From Saezia sanguinis (GTDB lineage Bacteria; Pseudomonadota; Gammaproteobacteria; Burkholderiales; Burkholderiaceae_C), in the NCBI RefSeq assembly GCF_003991585.1, contig NZ_PQSP01000002.1, positions 388,420 through 452,419 of the forward strand: DNA of 64,000 nt, read 5' to 3'. The position numbers and the translations under genes were made by a program. Of this stretch, positions 1 to 9,273 are shown piece after piece; position 1 is the first letter of the stretch; every line of letters starts with the position of its first letter. The notes beneath the pieces are model-generated. The model was not told the DNA's origin. It made no database searches and saw only the letters and a list, made by a program, of their open reading frames with translations.

Positions 1-82
1 CGTGAAATAAATCATGCTTTTGCCAAAAACACTTATCATGCCTTCTGCTTCCAATCACTAAAAATTACGGGCGTAAGCAATA

Positions 83-367
83 TTATTGAATATGCTTTTT
101 GATCCAGTCACCCTTAAGTTGCCTATCCAGCATCATTTTGATCAGTTGTTGATTGGGAGTCAGGTGAATTTTCCTGACCACCTTGAGCAGCGCGGCATAA
201 ATAAAGCGGTTTCTGGCCTTGCCCTGCACAACCGACTTCACCAGCGTATAACTGCGCCTGGTCTTTTTGGCGATTGCAATAAAATCCACCCTATCGCCGC
301 GAAACGCCTTGATCGTATTCCTGCTCTCGACGAGTTCGGGTGTGTCCTGGCGTTCGGTATAAGACAT
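83..367 (-). CDS. hypothetical small basic protein (94 aa); family not recognised
   Basis: ORF MSYTERQDTPELVESRNTIKAF...KKHIQ, Lys/Arg-rich and possibly DNA-binding. It lies between the window start and cdiA, where a cdiB/tpsB would be expected. No transposase or TpsB motif could be supported. Confidence 0.3.
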   Translation of the reverse strand: MSYTERQDTPELVESRNTIKAFRGDRVDFIAIAKKTRRSYTLVKSVVQGKARNRFIYAALLKVVRKIHLTPNQQLIKMMLDRQLKGDWIKKHIQ

Positions 368-594
368 CCATATCCTTCCAATGAACGCCCTTTAAAACCG
401 GTAGTTTGTCACATGCTCATGTCGGCAAACCACAACAGATAACATACCGCAATGATGGTAAAAATAACCTGTGATTACCATCAGACTTAAAATTTCGGGA
501 TTCCCCTTCATCAGGACGATCCGGCAGTCCGTCCGACTTTGACAAACATTTCAATATCCCGAAGTCTACAGACAAAAGACCTTGGGACAGTGTA

Positions 595-3500
595 TTGCAT
601 AAAAACAAGATCACCATGAAACACCAGAACCCATACTGCCAACACCCGTCTGCTGTGTTGTCACGTCAGCTAACCTGCCTGGCGCTGTCAGTCGCTGTTG
701 CTTTCACGCCTTTGAGTGCTGCTTTTGCCCAGGTGGTGCCTGACCCGAATGCCGGGCAGTACCGTCCTGGTCAGACCAGTGCAGGCAATGGTGTACCTGT
801 TGTCAACATCACTGCGCCCAGCAGCTCGGGCGTGAGCCGCAACCAGTACCACCAGTTCAACGTCCAGCAACAGGGGCTGATCCTTAACAACAGTGTTATT
901 AATACCCAAACCCAGTTAGGCGGCTGGATACAGGGAAATCCTAACCTGCCCTATGGTGCCGCCCGTGTCATATTGAACGAAGTCACCTCCGGCAACCCCT
1001 CGCTGCTGCGCGGCTACATCGAAGTCGGCGGCCAGCGGGCCGAAGTCATCATTGCCAACCCGGCCGGCATTTCAGTCGATGGTGCAGGCTTCATCAACGC
1101 CGCCGGCGTCACCCTCACCACCGGCACGCCCGTCTTTAACAACAGTGGTAACCTCGAATCCTACCGCGTTGGCGGTGGGCGAGTCAGTATTGGTGGGGCG
1201 GGACTGGACACCTCCACTGCCGACTACACCCGCATCATCGCCCGGGCCGTAGAAATCAATTCGGGACTCTGGGCCAATGACCTCAGCATCGCTGCGGGAA
1301 CCGGCACCTTTGCACCGGACGGCACCCCCATCCAACTCACTGAACTCACTGTGGAAGACGCCAGTGGCAAACCCCTGTACGCCATTGACGTGGCCCAACT
1401 GGGTGGCATGTACGCCGGCAAAATCCGCCTCATCGGCACCGAAGCCGGTGTTGGAGTCCGCAATAGCGGACACATCGGGGCCAGCGCCGGGCAGGTCACT
1501 GTCACCGCAGACGGCATGCTTGTCAACAGCGGCACGATTAACAGCAGCCATTCGGTAGCCGGGAGCAGCGGCATCCAGGTCGCTGCGGCCAGTGGCATCA
1601 GCAACACCGGGAGCCTTTACACCCAGGGGCAACTGGTACTCAACAGCAACGGCCAGCTGGATAACCAGGGCACGCTGGCAGCGCTTGGCAACGTCAGCCT
1701 CAATGCGCAAAACATCCACAACACCGCAGACGGACTCATTGCCGCCGGCATGGCAACCGATGGCAGCTTCGACACCCAAGGCCAGCTCAATGCCACGGCA
1801 CAACAGCTACTATCCAACCAGGGCCAGATACTCAGTGGTGCCAACACCACCCTGCAAGCCAATACCCTCACCAACACCAGTGCCACCATCCATGCCGGAA
1901 AAGACCTGAACATCACGGCAGACACCATCCACAACCAGCAGGCCGACCTGCTTGCATCGGGCAACCTGCACATCCAGGGCCTGAACCCGAACACCTCCGT
2001 CAACAGCCAACTCAACAACCAGAACGGCCTCATCTCTGCGGCTGGGCAGGCCCAAATCAGCACCGGCAGCATTGACAACAGCGCTGGCGTCATCATCAGC
2101 GGCGGCAACCTTGCCATCACTACCGGCGACCTCAACGGAGCCGGACAAATCCTCACCGAAGCCAATGCTGACATCACGGTACAAGGCGACTACACCGCTG
2201 AGGCCGGTAACCAGATCATCGCCGATGGCAACCTCCTGCTCAACGTGGACGGGACGCTTACCAATGCCGGAGACATACTCGCTGGTAACACCGCCAGCAT
2301 CACTGCGCACAGCATCGACAACCTGTCCGGTGGCGAAATCAGCGCAGGCACCAATCAGATCACTGCCACCGGCACCAACGCAGGCACCTTCACCAACAGA
2401 GGACTCATCGACGGCATCCTCACCTATATTACTGCCGATGCGCTCACCAACCTGGGCAGCGGACGTATCTACGGCAACCACATCGGCATCCAGGCGGGAA
2501 CGCTCACCAACCGCGACGAGAACAACCAGAGTGCAGTCATTGCCGCGCGTGAGCGCATGGATATTGGCGCTGCAACGCTAACCAATCTGAACAATGCTGT
2601 CATCTTCAGTGCCGGCGACATGTCTATCGGCGGTTCGCTTGATGAGAACCACATTGCGCAAGGCCGTGCAAATTTAGTTTATAACGACGGTGCTGTGATT
2701 GAGGCCCTGGACGACATGCAAATTGCTGCTGCCAGCATCGAGAACCGTAACACCGTCTTCCAGTCCGAGGAACGCGCGCAAAGCTCACAGGACAAATTCA
2801 TCCACATCATCGGCCAATACCTGTTTGATAACGAAGATATTGTCTACTTCAGCGAAGGTGCCTATGGTGACTACAGCTTCCAGATTGTGGGCAAAGGCAG
2901 CGACATCCTCTCCACCATCGCGCTCATTGGTGAAAGCTCACACTACTTCCTCATGCTGCCATCAAGCAAATACCCGATGGCAGACTATCCCTACCTGTAC
3001 CAGCGCGGCGGCCTGCCATTTGCCGCGCTCGATGACGACGGCAACCCTGCCAACTATGAACCCGAAACCACCCAGCTGTGGCAAACCTTCGGCATTCCCA
3101 TACCCAGTGCCAAACCCGGGCAACCCGCCACCATTTGCAACGGCAGCACCACCTGCAACAACGCACAGCAACAAGCCTACGACCAGTACTTAAGCGACTA
3201 TACCGCCTGGCAGGACAGCAACCGCTCCCTGTACCAGCAACTCAACGACAAAATCTTTGACTTCAACGCAGACTTCCTCACCCGCAAAATCAGCATGGAG
3301 AACCTGCGCGAATACACCGAAACCAGATACAGCACCGAAGTCACCGCCAGCAATCCCGGGCAAATCAGCGCTGCGGGCAGCATGCTGCTGGACGGCAACC
3401 TCGTCAACGACAAAAGCCGCATCACCGCAGGCAGCATCATTGCCACCACCGGCAACGTACAAACCATAGACGCCACCGGCGTCAACTACGTCGAGCGCAT

Positions 3501-6500
3501 CGGCAGCGAAATCTCCACCATCCGCACCGCCAGCGGGCGCAGCTGGACACCGCCGGTCGCCGTCAACGAACGCGACGCCGCCAGTCAGTACAGCCTCATC
3601 GTCGCCACCCCACAGCCAAACACCACCGTACAAGGCAGCGGCACGCAGATCGGTAACACACCTGTGGTACAGCTTCCCAATGGCGACCTGATCCAGGCTG
3701 CAAGCCCCAACACCCGCATCCCCGCGAGCAGCCTGTACCAGATCAACCCCGGCAGCAGCAAAAACTACCTCATAGAAACCGACCCACGCTTTGCCAGCTA
3801 CGGCACCTGGCTCACTTCTGACTACATGCTTGCCGCCCTCGGGCTCGATCCGGCGGCCACCCAAAAGCGCCTGGGCGACGGATTCTACGAACAACAACTG
3901 ATCCGCGAGCAGATCGGCCAGCTCACCGGTTATCGTTACCTGGCAGGCTACCTCAGTGATGAAGCACAATACCAGGCGCTGATGAATGCAGGCGTTCAAT
4001 TCGCTCAGGAATACAACCTCACCGTGGGTGTGACGCTCACCGCCGAACAAATGGCGCAACTCACCGGCGACATCGTGTGGCTCGTCAGCACTGAAGTCAC
4101 CCTGCCCGACGGCAGCACAGAAACCGTGCTCGTACCCCAGCTCTACACCCGGGGCGGGACCAGTATGATCACCGCCGGCGGCTCGCTCATCAGCGCCAAC
4201 AACGTCTACATCACCTCAGCAGAAGGCAACCCCATCACCTTGAACAACAACGCCACCATCGCCGGGCGTGAAGGCCTGTTTGTCGATGTCGCCTACCTGC
4301 AAAACCGCATCGGCCAGTTGCACGGCGGCGATGTTGTCTTAAGGTCAGCCACCGACATTGACAACATCGGCGGCACCATCTCAGGGGACAACAGCATCAC
4401 CCTGGCTGCCGCCAGAGACATCAACATCGCCTCCACCGTTGTAGACGGCTACGACATCAACGGCCAGCGCAACGGCATCGGCAACATCGGCAGCGTCTAC
4501 TTAAGCGGCAGGCAAGTGCTTGCTTCTGAGCAGCCGCCCGAACAACAGCCCGCTGCATATAGCGCCCAATCCCGCAGTGTCTCATCTGACACCACGACCG
4601 ATACCACAACCAGTGAACCCTCCGGCAGCAACCAGGGTCAGATCCTGCTGAGCGCCGGGCGCGACATCAACCTGCGTGCGGGTTACATTGGTAATGACGC
4701 CACCGTTTCCACCACCACCGAAGACGGCAGCCAGACCACGGTTGGGGGCAGCACAAACTTGGTCGCCGGGCGCAACATCGACCTGTCCACCGTCACCACC
4801 GAGCACCAGCAAACCCTCAACTTTGACGCCCGCAACAGCCGCGCTCAAGCCAGCCGTGCTGAGGTCGGCAGCCAGATACAAGGCACGGGCGACATCAACC
4901 TCATCGCTGACGGCAACCTGCACCTGCGCGCCTCCGGCGTCCAAAGCGACAGTGGGACTATGAACGCTGCTGCCGACACCATTCATATTGAAGCCGGAGA
5001 AGCGCAGCAAAGCTGGGACGCCTCCTACTATGCCAAATTCAACGGCACCCTGGGTTCCAGCAGCTACGACAACCGCTACAACATCACCGAAGGCAACCTC
5101 ATTGGCTCCACCCTGAGTGCCGAGCAAATCAACCTGCAAAGCCGGGGCGACACCACCATCCAGGCCTCCAGTGTCGTTGCCACGCATGACATCAACCTGT
5201 CTTCCGAGCAAGGCAACATCAACATCGTCTCGGGCACCAGCACCCGCCACACCGAAGCTGACGAAACCACAAAACGCAGCGGTATCTTCACCAGCGGCGC
5301 ATCCCTGACCGTTGGCAACCAAAAAACCGCCACTACTGACACCGTCGACAACAGCTATGCGGTGGCCTCCACCGTCGGCAGCCTGCAAGGTGATGTCAAC
5401 ATCCTGGCCCAACAAGGCAGCTACAACCAGGTAGGCAGCGACCTCCTGGCGCTACAGGGCGACATCAACGTCGTCGCGCAAGACATCAACATCCTTGAAG
5501 CCCGCGAAACCAGCCAGCGCTACCAGACCTACGAATATCAACAAAGCGGCCTCACACTGGGTGTGAGCAGCCCTATCATCAGCGCCGGACAATACACCCA
5601 GCAAATGAGCGATGCGGCAGACCGCACCAGCGACTCACGCATGCAGGCACTGGCCGCCGGTGCTGCGGCCCTGAACATCGCCAACAACGCCAGCGACATC
5701 ATGGACAACGCCCAGGGCATAGGCGATGCCCTCTCCAGCGGCGACATCGGCAGCGCCGGGCTGCAACTCTCCGTGAGCATCGGCAGCACCAAGGCACAAA
5801 GCCAGACCCTGCAACAAAGCGACAGCGCCAAAGGCTCCACCCTAAACGCCGGGGGCAACATCAATCTCATTGCCACAGGCAATCCAAATCCTTCCACAGG
5901 CAAACCAGACACCACGCAAGGCAGTGAAGAAAAACCCACCTACAGCGGCGGCAACATCCTGATCCAGGGAAGTGACATCACAGCCGGGCAAAACATTGTG
6001 CTCGCGGCCAACGACCAGATCAACATCCGTGCGGCTGCCAACACCGCCACAGAAAGCAGCAGCAACAAAAGCAACTCAGGCGCACTGGGTGTGACCATCG
6101 GCAGCAACATCGGGATCACCGCCAGCGCCAGCCAGGGTAGTGGCAACAGTCACACCGCAGACAACAGCTGGACCTACAGCCACGTCAGTGCCGACGACAC
6201 CCTCACCCTCATCAGCGGGGGAGATACCAACATCATCGGCGCCCAGGTCGCCGGCAACACCGTGCGGGCCGACATCGGCGGCGACCTCAACATCCAAACC
6301 CTGCAAGACACCAGCCTGCACCACAGCCAGCAAAGCAGCGGCGGCGGCTCACTGACCATCGGCACCGGGCTCACTGGGATTGGCGGCACCGTCAGCAGCG
6401 GCAAAAGCCATGTCGACGGCAACTACGCCAGCGCACAGGAATACGCCGGCATCATGGCAGGCGACGGCGGCTTTGACATCACCGTCGCCGGCAACACCGA

Positions 6501-8664
6501 CCTCAAAGGCGCCATCATTGCCAGCACGCAAGCAGCGGTAGACGACAACAAAAACCAGTTAACCACCGGCAGCCTCACCATCAGCCAGCTTGCCAACAAC
6601 AGCAACTATGACGCCAAAGGCAGCTCGATTGGCATCGGCTACAACACCAGCAATGCAGACACCAATCTGGCAGACAAACCCGGCATGCAGTCAGCCGTTG
6701 GGGCTCTCTCGGGTAACTCGGTAGGATATGCCAGCGACAGCGGCAGCGACAGCAGCATCACCATCGCCGGCATCAGCACCGGCAGCATCACCATCACCAA
6801 CGAAGAAGAACAGCAACGCAGAACCGGACAGACGGCAGAAGAAGCGATTGCCGCCATCAACGACAGTGTACGCACCGGGCAGAGTGTGAACGGCATAGAC
6901 AAGAACTGGGACGCGCAGCAGCTGATGGATGACATGCAGGCCGGTGCGGAAATTACTGCGGCGTTTGGGCAGCAGGCTTCGCAAGGTGTAGGCAACTTCG
7001 CAACCGCCAAAGTACGACAAGCCCTGTCCATGATGGCCCAGGCCGATCTGCTGGAAGCCACCGATCCACAAGCCGCGACAGAATTACGTACCCAGGCGCA
7101 AGAAATGTACGGCAACTGGAAAGAAGGTGGCGCGTACCGGGTACTGGCGCATACCATTGTTGGGGGTCTCAGTGGCGACTGGAGCGGTGCCGCCGGTGCG
7201 GGCAGCAGCGCCCTCATTGCCGGACAACTCGACGACCTCACAGCTGACCTGCCCCCGGGTGTGAAAGAAGCCGTAGGCGCGGGCGTATCGGCAGGCCTGG
7301 GCTACCTCACGGGGGGAGAACAGGGCGCGACGACAGCGTTCAATACAGACGCCAACAACCGGCAGTTGCACGTAGACGAAATCGCCTGGATCAAACGCCA
7401 CGCACAAGAGTTTGCCAACCAGCAAGGCATCAGTGAAGAAGAAGCCACCAGCATACTGGCACGGCAGGCGCTGATGCAGATCGACTGGGTATGGTACGAA
7501 AAATTCGGCGGCAAAGACGCCTACAACACACAAGCTGCGGCCTTCCTCTCAGGCGCAGGCACCTTGAGCGAAGGCGATGCCACCCAGCAGATGTTTACCG
7601 CCACAGGTGACCAGTATACCCGGCCCTACCTGTTTGCCGAAGATGTACACAATAGCGGCAACTTAAGCTTTTACGAACAGTATGTTATCCGTGACAGCGA
7701 CAAATCCACCTCACAGGTCATGCTCGAAAACGAATGGCGGGGACTCACCGGGCTGCCACAGGGGCTGTGGGACAAATGGAGTGCCTATCAGGGAGAGCGT
7801 GAAGGCGTTGCGTGGCTGCTTTCCGGCCCGACCTTCCTGTTTGACACCCTGTACATGGACGCTATCGGCAAACCGTTTGCCAACGCTGTAGAAAACCCGC
7901 AAGTCATCGCTGAGAGAATACAGGCCGGTGCTGAAGGCGTCAAGGCTATCGGCGGCGAACTCACCCCAGGGCCATCACTGCTCAGCCAGATATATGGCGA
8001 CAACACCGTTCTGCTGTCAGGCAACCTGGCGGTGGCAGATGCAGCACTGCCTGTTGCCGGTATTGTAGGCGTGGGCAAGGCAGGCCAGTTGGTAGGCAAG
8101 GAGTTGCTCAGCAATACGGGCAGCAAGACCGTCAGGCCGAGTGCTTCTTCGGAAAGTACGCCTTCTTCATCGAATGCGAATGCTAGCACAGCGACACCTT
8201 TATATCTGAGTAATTCGACTGCGCCAGAAGTGCAAGCTAGGTTGAATGGTTTGGCGGCTGAAGCACGGCAAGGGTTACCTCCGAACAAAGGAAATGTGGC
8301 TGTGGCAGAAATTAACATTCCAGAGTTGGCAGATCAGCCATTTATAACAAAAGCATTTAGTGGCTATCAAACCGATAAAGATGGATTTGTTGGAAAACCA
8401 TCTGGTAATGTAGATACATGGGCGCTGCAACCACAAAAATCAAGTCCAGAGTTTATTGGCGGTCCGGGGGCGTATTTTAGAGATGTTGATACAGAATTTA
8501 AAATTTTAGAGAATTTAGCGCAAAAACTTGGGCCAAATACAAATGCAACTGGTACAGTTAATTTAATATCAGAAAAAGTCGTTTGTCCTAGCTGTACAAC
8601 CGTCATTATGCAGTTCAGAGAACGTTATCCTAATATCCAACTGAATATATTTACTAGGGATTGA
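595..8664 (+). CDS. cdiA: CdiA / filamentous-haemagglutinin family TpsA exoprotein (2689 aa) with a variable C-terminal toxin domain
   Basis: N-terminal extended signal peptide plus TPS (haemagglutination activity) domain: NPNLPYGAARVILNEVTSGNPSLLRGYIEVGGQRAEVIIANPAGISVDGAGFINAAGVTLTTGTP. This is followed by about 2000 aa of Gly/Asn/Thr-rich FHA-type beta-helical repeats. An AVENP (VENN-like) motif lies near aa 2435. A sharp AT-rich shift over the last ~170 codons (from ~8160) marks a swapped CT toxin. An alternative start is at 616 (MKHQNPY). Confidence 0.85.
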   Translation: MHKNKITMKHQNPYCQHPSAVLSRQLTCLALSVAVAFTPLSAAFAQVVPDPNAGQYRPGQTSAGNGVPVVNITAPSSSGVSRNQYHQFNVQQQGLILNNSVINTQTQLGGWIQGNPNLPYGAARVILNEVTSGNPSLLRGYIEVGGQRAEVIIANPAGISVDGAGFINAAGVTLTTGTPVFNNSGNLESYRVGGGRVSIGGAGLDTSTADYTRIIARAVEINSGLWANDLSIAAGTGTFAPDGTPIQLTELTVEDASGKPLYAIDVAQLGGMYAGKIRLIGTEAGVGVRNSGHIGASAGQVTVTADGMLVNSGTINSSHSVAGSSGIQVAAASGISNTGSLYTQGQLVLNSNGQLDNQGTLAALGNVSLNAQNIHNTADGLIAAGMATDGSFDTQGQLNATAQQLLSNQGQILSGANTTLQANTLTNTSATIHAGKDLNITADTIHNQQADLLASGNLHIQGLNPNTSVNSQLNNQNGLISAAGQAQISTGSIDNSAGVIISGGNLAITTGDLNGAGQILTEANADITVQGDYTAEAGNQIIADGNLLLNVDGTLTNAGDILAGNTASITAHSIDNLSGGEISAGTNQITATGTNAGTFTNRGLIDGILTYITADALTNLGSGRIYGNHIGIQAGTLTNRDENNQSAVIAARERMDIGAATLTNLNNAVIFSAGDMSIGGSLDENHIAQGRANLVYNDGAVIEALDDMQIAAASIENRNTVFQSEERAQSSQDKFIHIIGQYLFDNEDIVYFSEGAYGDYSFQIVGKGSDILSTIALIGESSHYFLMLPSSKYPMADYPYLYQRGGLPFAALDDDGNPANYEPETTQLWQTFGIPIPSAKPGQPATICNGSTTCNNAQQQAYDQYLSDYTAWQDSNRSLYQQLNDKIFDFNADFLTRKISMENLREYTETRYSTEVTASNPGQISAAGSMLLDGNLVNDKSRITAGSIIATTGNVQTIDATGVNYVERIGSEISTIRTASGRSWTPPVAVNERDAASQYSLIVATPQPNTTVQGSGTQIGNTPVVQLPNGDLIQAASPNTRIPASSLYQINPGSSKNYLIETDPRFASYGTWLTSDYMLAALGLDPAATQKRLGDGFYEQQLIREQIGQLTGYRYLAGYLSDEAQYQALMNAGVQFAQEYNLTVGVTLTAEQMAQLTGDIVWLVSTEVTLPDGSTETVLVPQLYTRGGTSMITAGGSLISANNVYITSAEGNPITLNNNATIAGREGLFVDVAYLQNRIGQLHGGDVVLRSATDIDNIGGTISGDNSITLAAARDINIASTVVDGYDINGQRNGIGNIGSVYLSGRQVLASEQPPEQQPAAYSAQSRSVSSDTTTDTTTSEPSGSNQGQILLSAGRDINLRAGYIGNDATVSTTTEDGSQTTVGGSTNLVAGRNIDLSTVTTEHQQTLNFDARNSRAQASRAEVGSQIQGTGDINLIADGNLHLRASGVQSDSGTMNAAADTIHIEAGEAQQSWDASYYAKFNGTLGSSSYDNRYNITEGNLIGSTLSAEQINLQSRGDTTIQASSVVATHDINLSSEQGNINIVSGTSTRHTEADETTKRSGIFTSGASLTVGNQKTATTDTVDNSYAVASTVGSLQGDVNILAQQGSYNQVGSDLLALQGDINVVAQDINILEARETSQRYQTYEYQQSGLTLGVSSPIISAGQYTQQMSDAADRTSDSRMQALAAGAAALNIANNASDIMDNAQGIGDALSSGDIGSAGLQLSVSIGSTKAQSQTLQQSDSAKGSTLNAGGNINLIATGNPNPSTGKPDTTQGSEEKPTYSGGNILIQGSDITAGQNIVLAANDQINIRAAANTATESSSNKSNSGALGVTIGSNIGITASASQGSGNSHTADNSWTYSHVSADDTLTLISGGDTNIIGAQVAGNTVRADIGGDLNIQTLQDTSLHHSQQSSGGGSLTIGTGLTGIGGTVSSGKSHVDGNYASAQEYAGIMAGDGGFDITVAGNTDLKGAIIASTQAAVDDNKNQLTTGSLTISQLANNSNYDAKGSSIGIGYNTSNADTNLADKPGMQSAVGALSGNSVGYASDSGSDSSITIAGISTGSITITNEEEQQRRTGQTAEEAIAAINDSVRTGQSVNGIDKNWDAQQLMDDMQAGAEITAAFGQQASQGVGNFATAKVRQALSMMAQADLLEATDPQAATELRTQAQEMYGNWKEGGAYRVLAHTIVGGLSGDWSGAAGAGSSALIAGQLDDLTADLPPGVKEAVGAGVSAGLGYLTGGEQGATTAFNTDANNRQLHVDEIAWIKRHAQEFANQQGISEEEATSILARQALMQIDWVWYEKFGGKDAYNTQAAAFLSGAGTLSEGDATQQMFTATGDQYTRPYLFAEDVHNSGNLSFYEQYVIRDSDKSTSQVMLENEWRGLTGLPQGLWDKWSAYQGEREGVAWLLSGPTFLFDTLYMDAIGKPFANAVENPQVIAERIQAGAEGVKAIGGELTPGPSLLSQIYGDNTVLLSGNLAVADAALPVAGIVGVGKAGQLVGKELLSNTGSKTVRPSASSESTPSSSNANASTATPLYLSNSTAPEVQARLNGLAAEARQGLPPNKGNVAVAEINIPELADQPFITKAFSGYQTDKDGFVGKPSGNVDTWALQPQKSSPEFIGGPGAYFRDVDTEFKILENLAQKLGPNTNATGTVNLISEKVVCPSCTTVIMQFRERYPNIQLNIFTRD

Positions 8665-8670
8665 TAAACT

Positions 8671-9069
8671 ATGCCTCAGTTTACGAAAACAAGTCAATGG
8701 AAACGATTTGATAATTTTAAAAAAGGGTTGGAGTTTTCAAGAGAAATATATACAGAGGCTATTCAAGAATATGGACTTAATGAATATCAAGCGTTTTCGT
8801 TTTTATATGAGGAAATAGACTCTGAGCTATTTTCGTCGGATAAGATAGAAAGATTTAAAGCCTATACAGCCTTATTTTTTTGTGCTTATGAGCATAAAGT
8901 TGATTTTATTTTAGATGATCCTTTTACTGAAAATGTATTTGATAGATTAAAAAATCTCTATAAAGATTTTTATTCAAATAGTGAGAATTTAAAAAATATT
9001 CCAGACATGCAAGACGAGGAGTCGCAAAAAATTATTAGGATCGTAAAAGAAAACTACGTTAAAAATTAG
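8671..9069 (+). CDS. cdiI: putative CdiI-like immunity protein (132 aa)
   Basis: Small acidic AT-rich ORF that starts 7 nt after the cdiA stop. It has the same low-GC composition as the CdiA-CT. This is the canonical position of a cognate immunity gene, but no family is recognisable. Confidence 0.55.
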   Translation: MPQFTKTSQWKRFDNFKKGLEFSREIYTEAIQEYGLNEYQAFSFLYEEIDSELFSSDKIERFKAYTALFFCAYEHKVDFILDDPFTENVFDRLKNLYKDFYSNSENLKNIPDMQDEESQKIIRIVKENYVKN

Positions 9070-9273
9070 TCATAATAATCTGGCATAAAAGTGGCGATTG
9101 GCCTACCCGACTGATACAAAACATCATGTCAATTTGTGTCCAGTTTCTGCTTTGCCTATATGCCTTACTGATCAGTTTTACATTAGCCTGTATAGTTGCT
9201 TTGGGCATTTGAAAAACTATTAAAACAGATAAGAGAGTTTATTGATTCTAAATTTTAATTTACAGGGAGACAT

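Noticed and set aside
83-367. IS/transposase remnant upstream of cdiA
   Set aside because: The 94-aa basic ORF could be a transposase or HTH fragment. However, I could not identify a DDE motif, inverted repeats or any family signature, so it is kept as hypothetical only.
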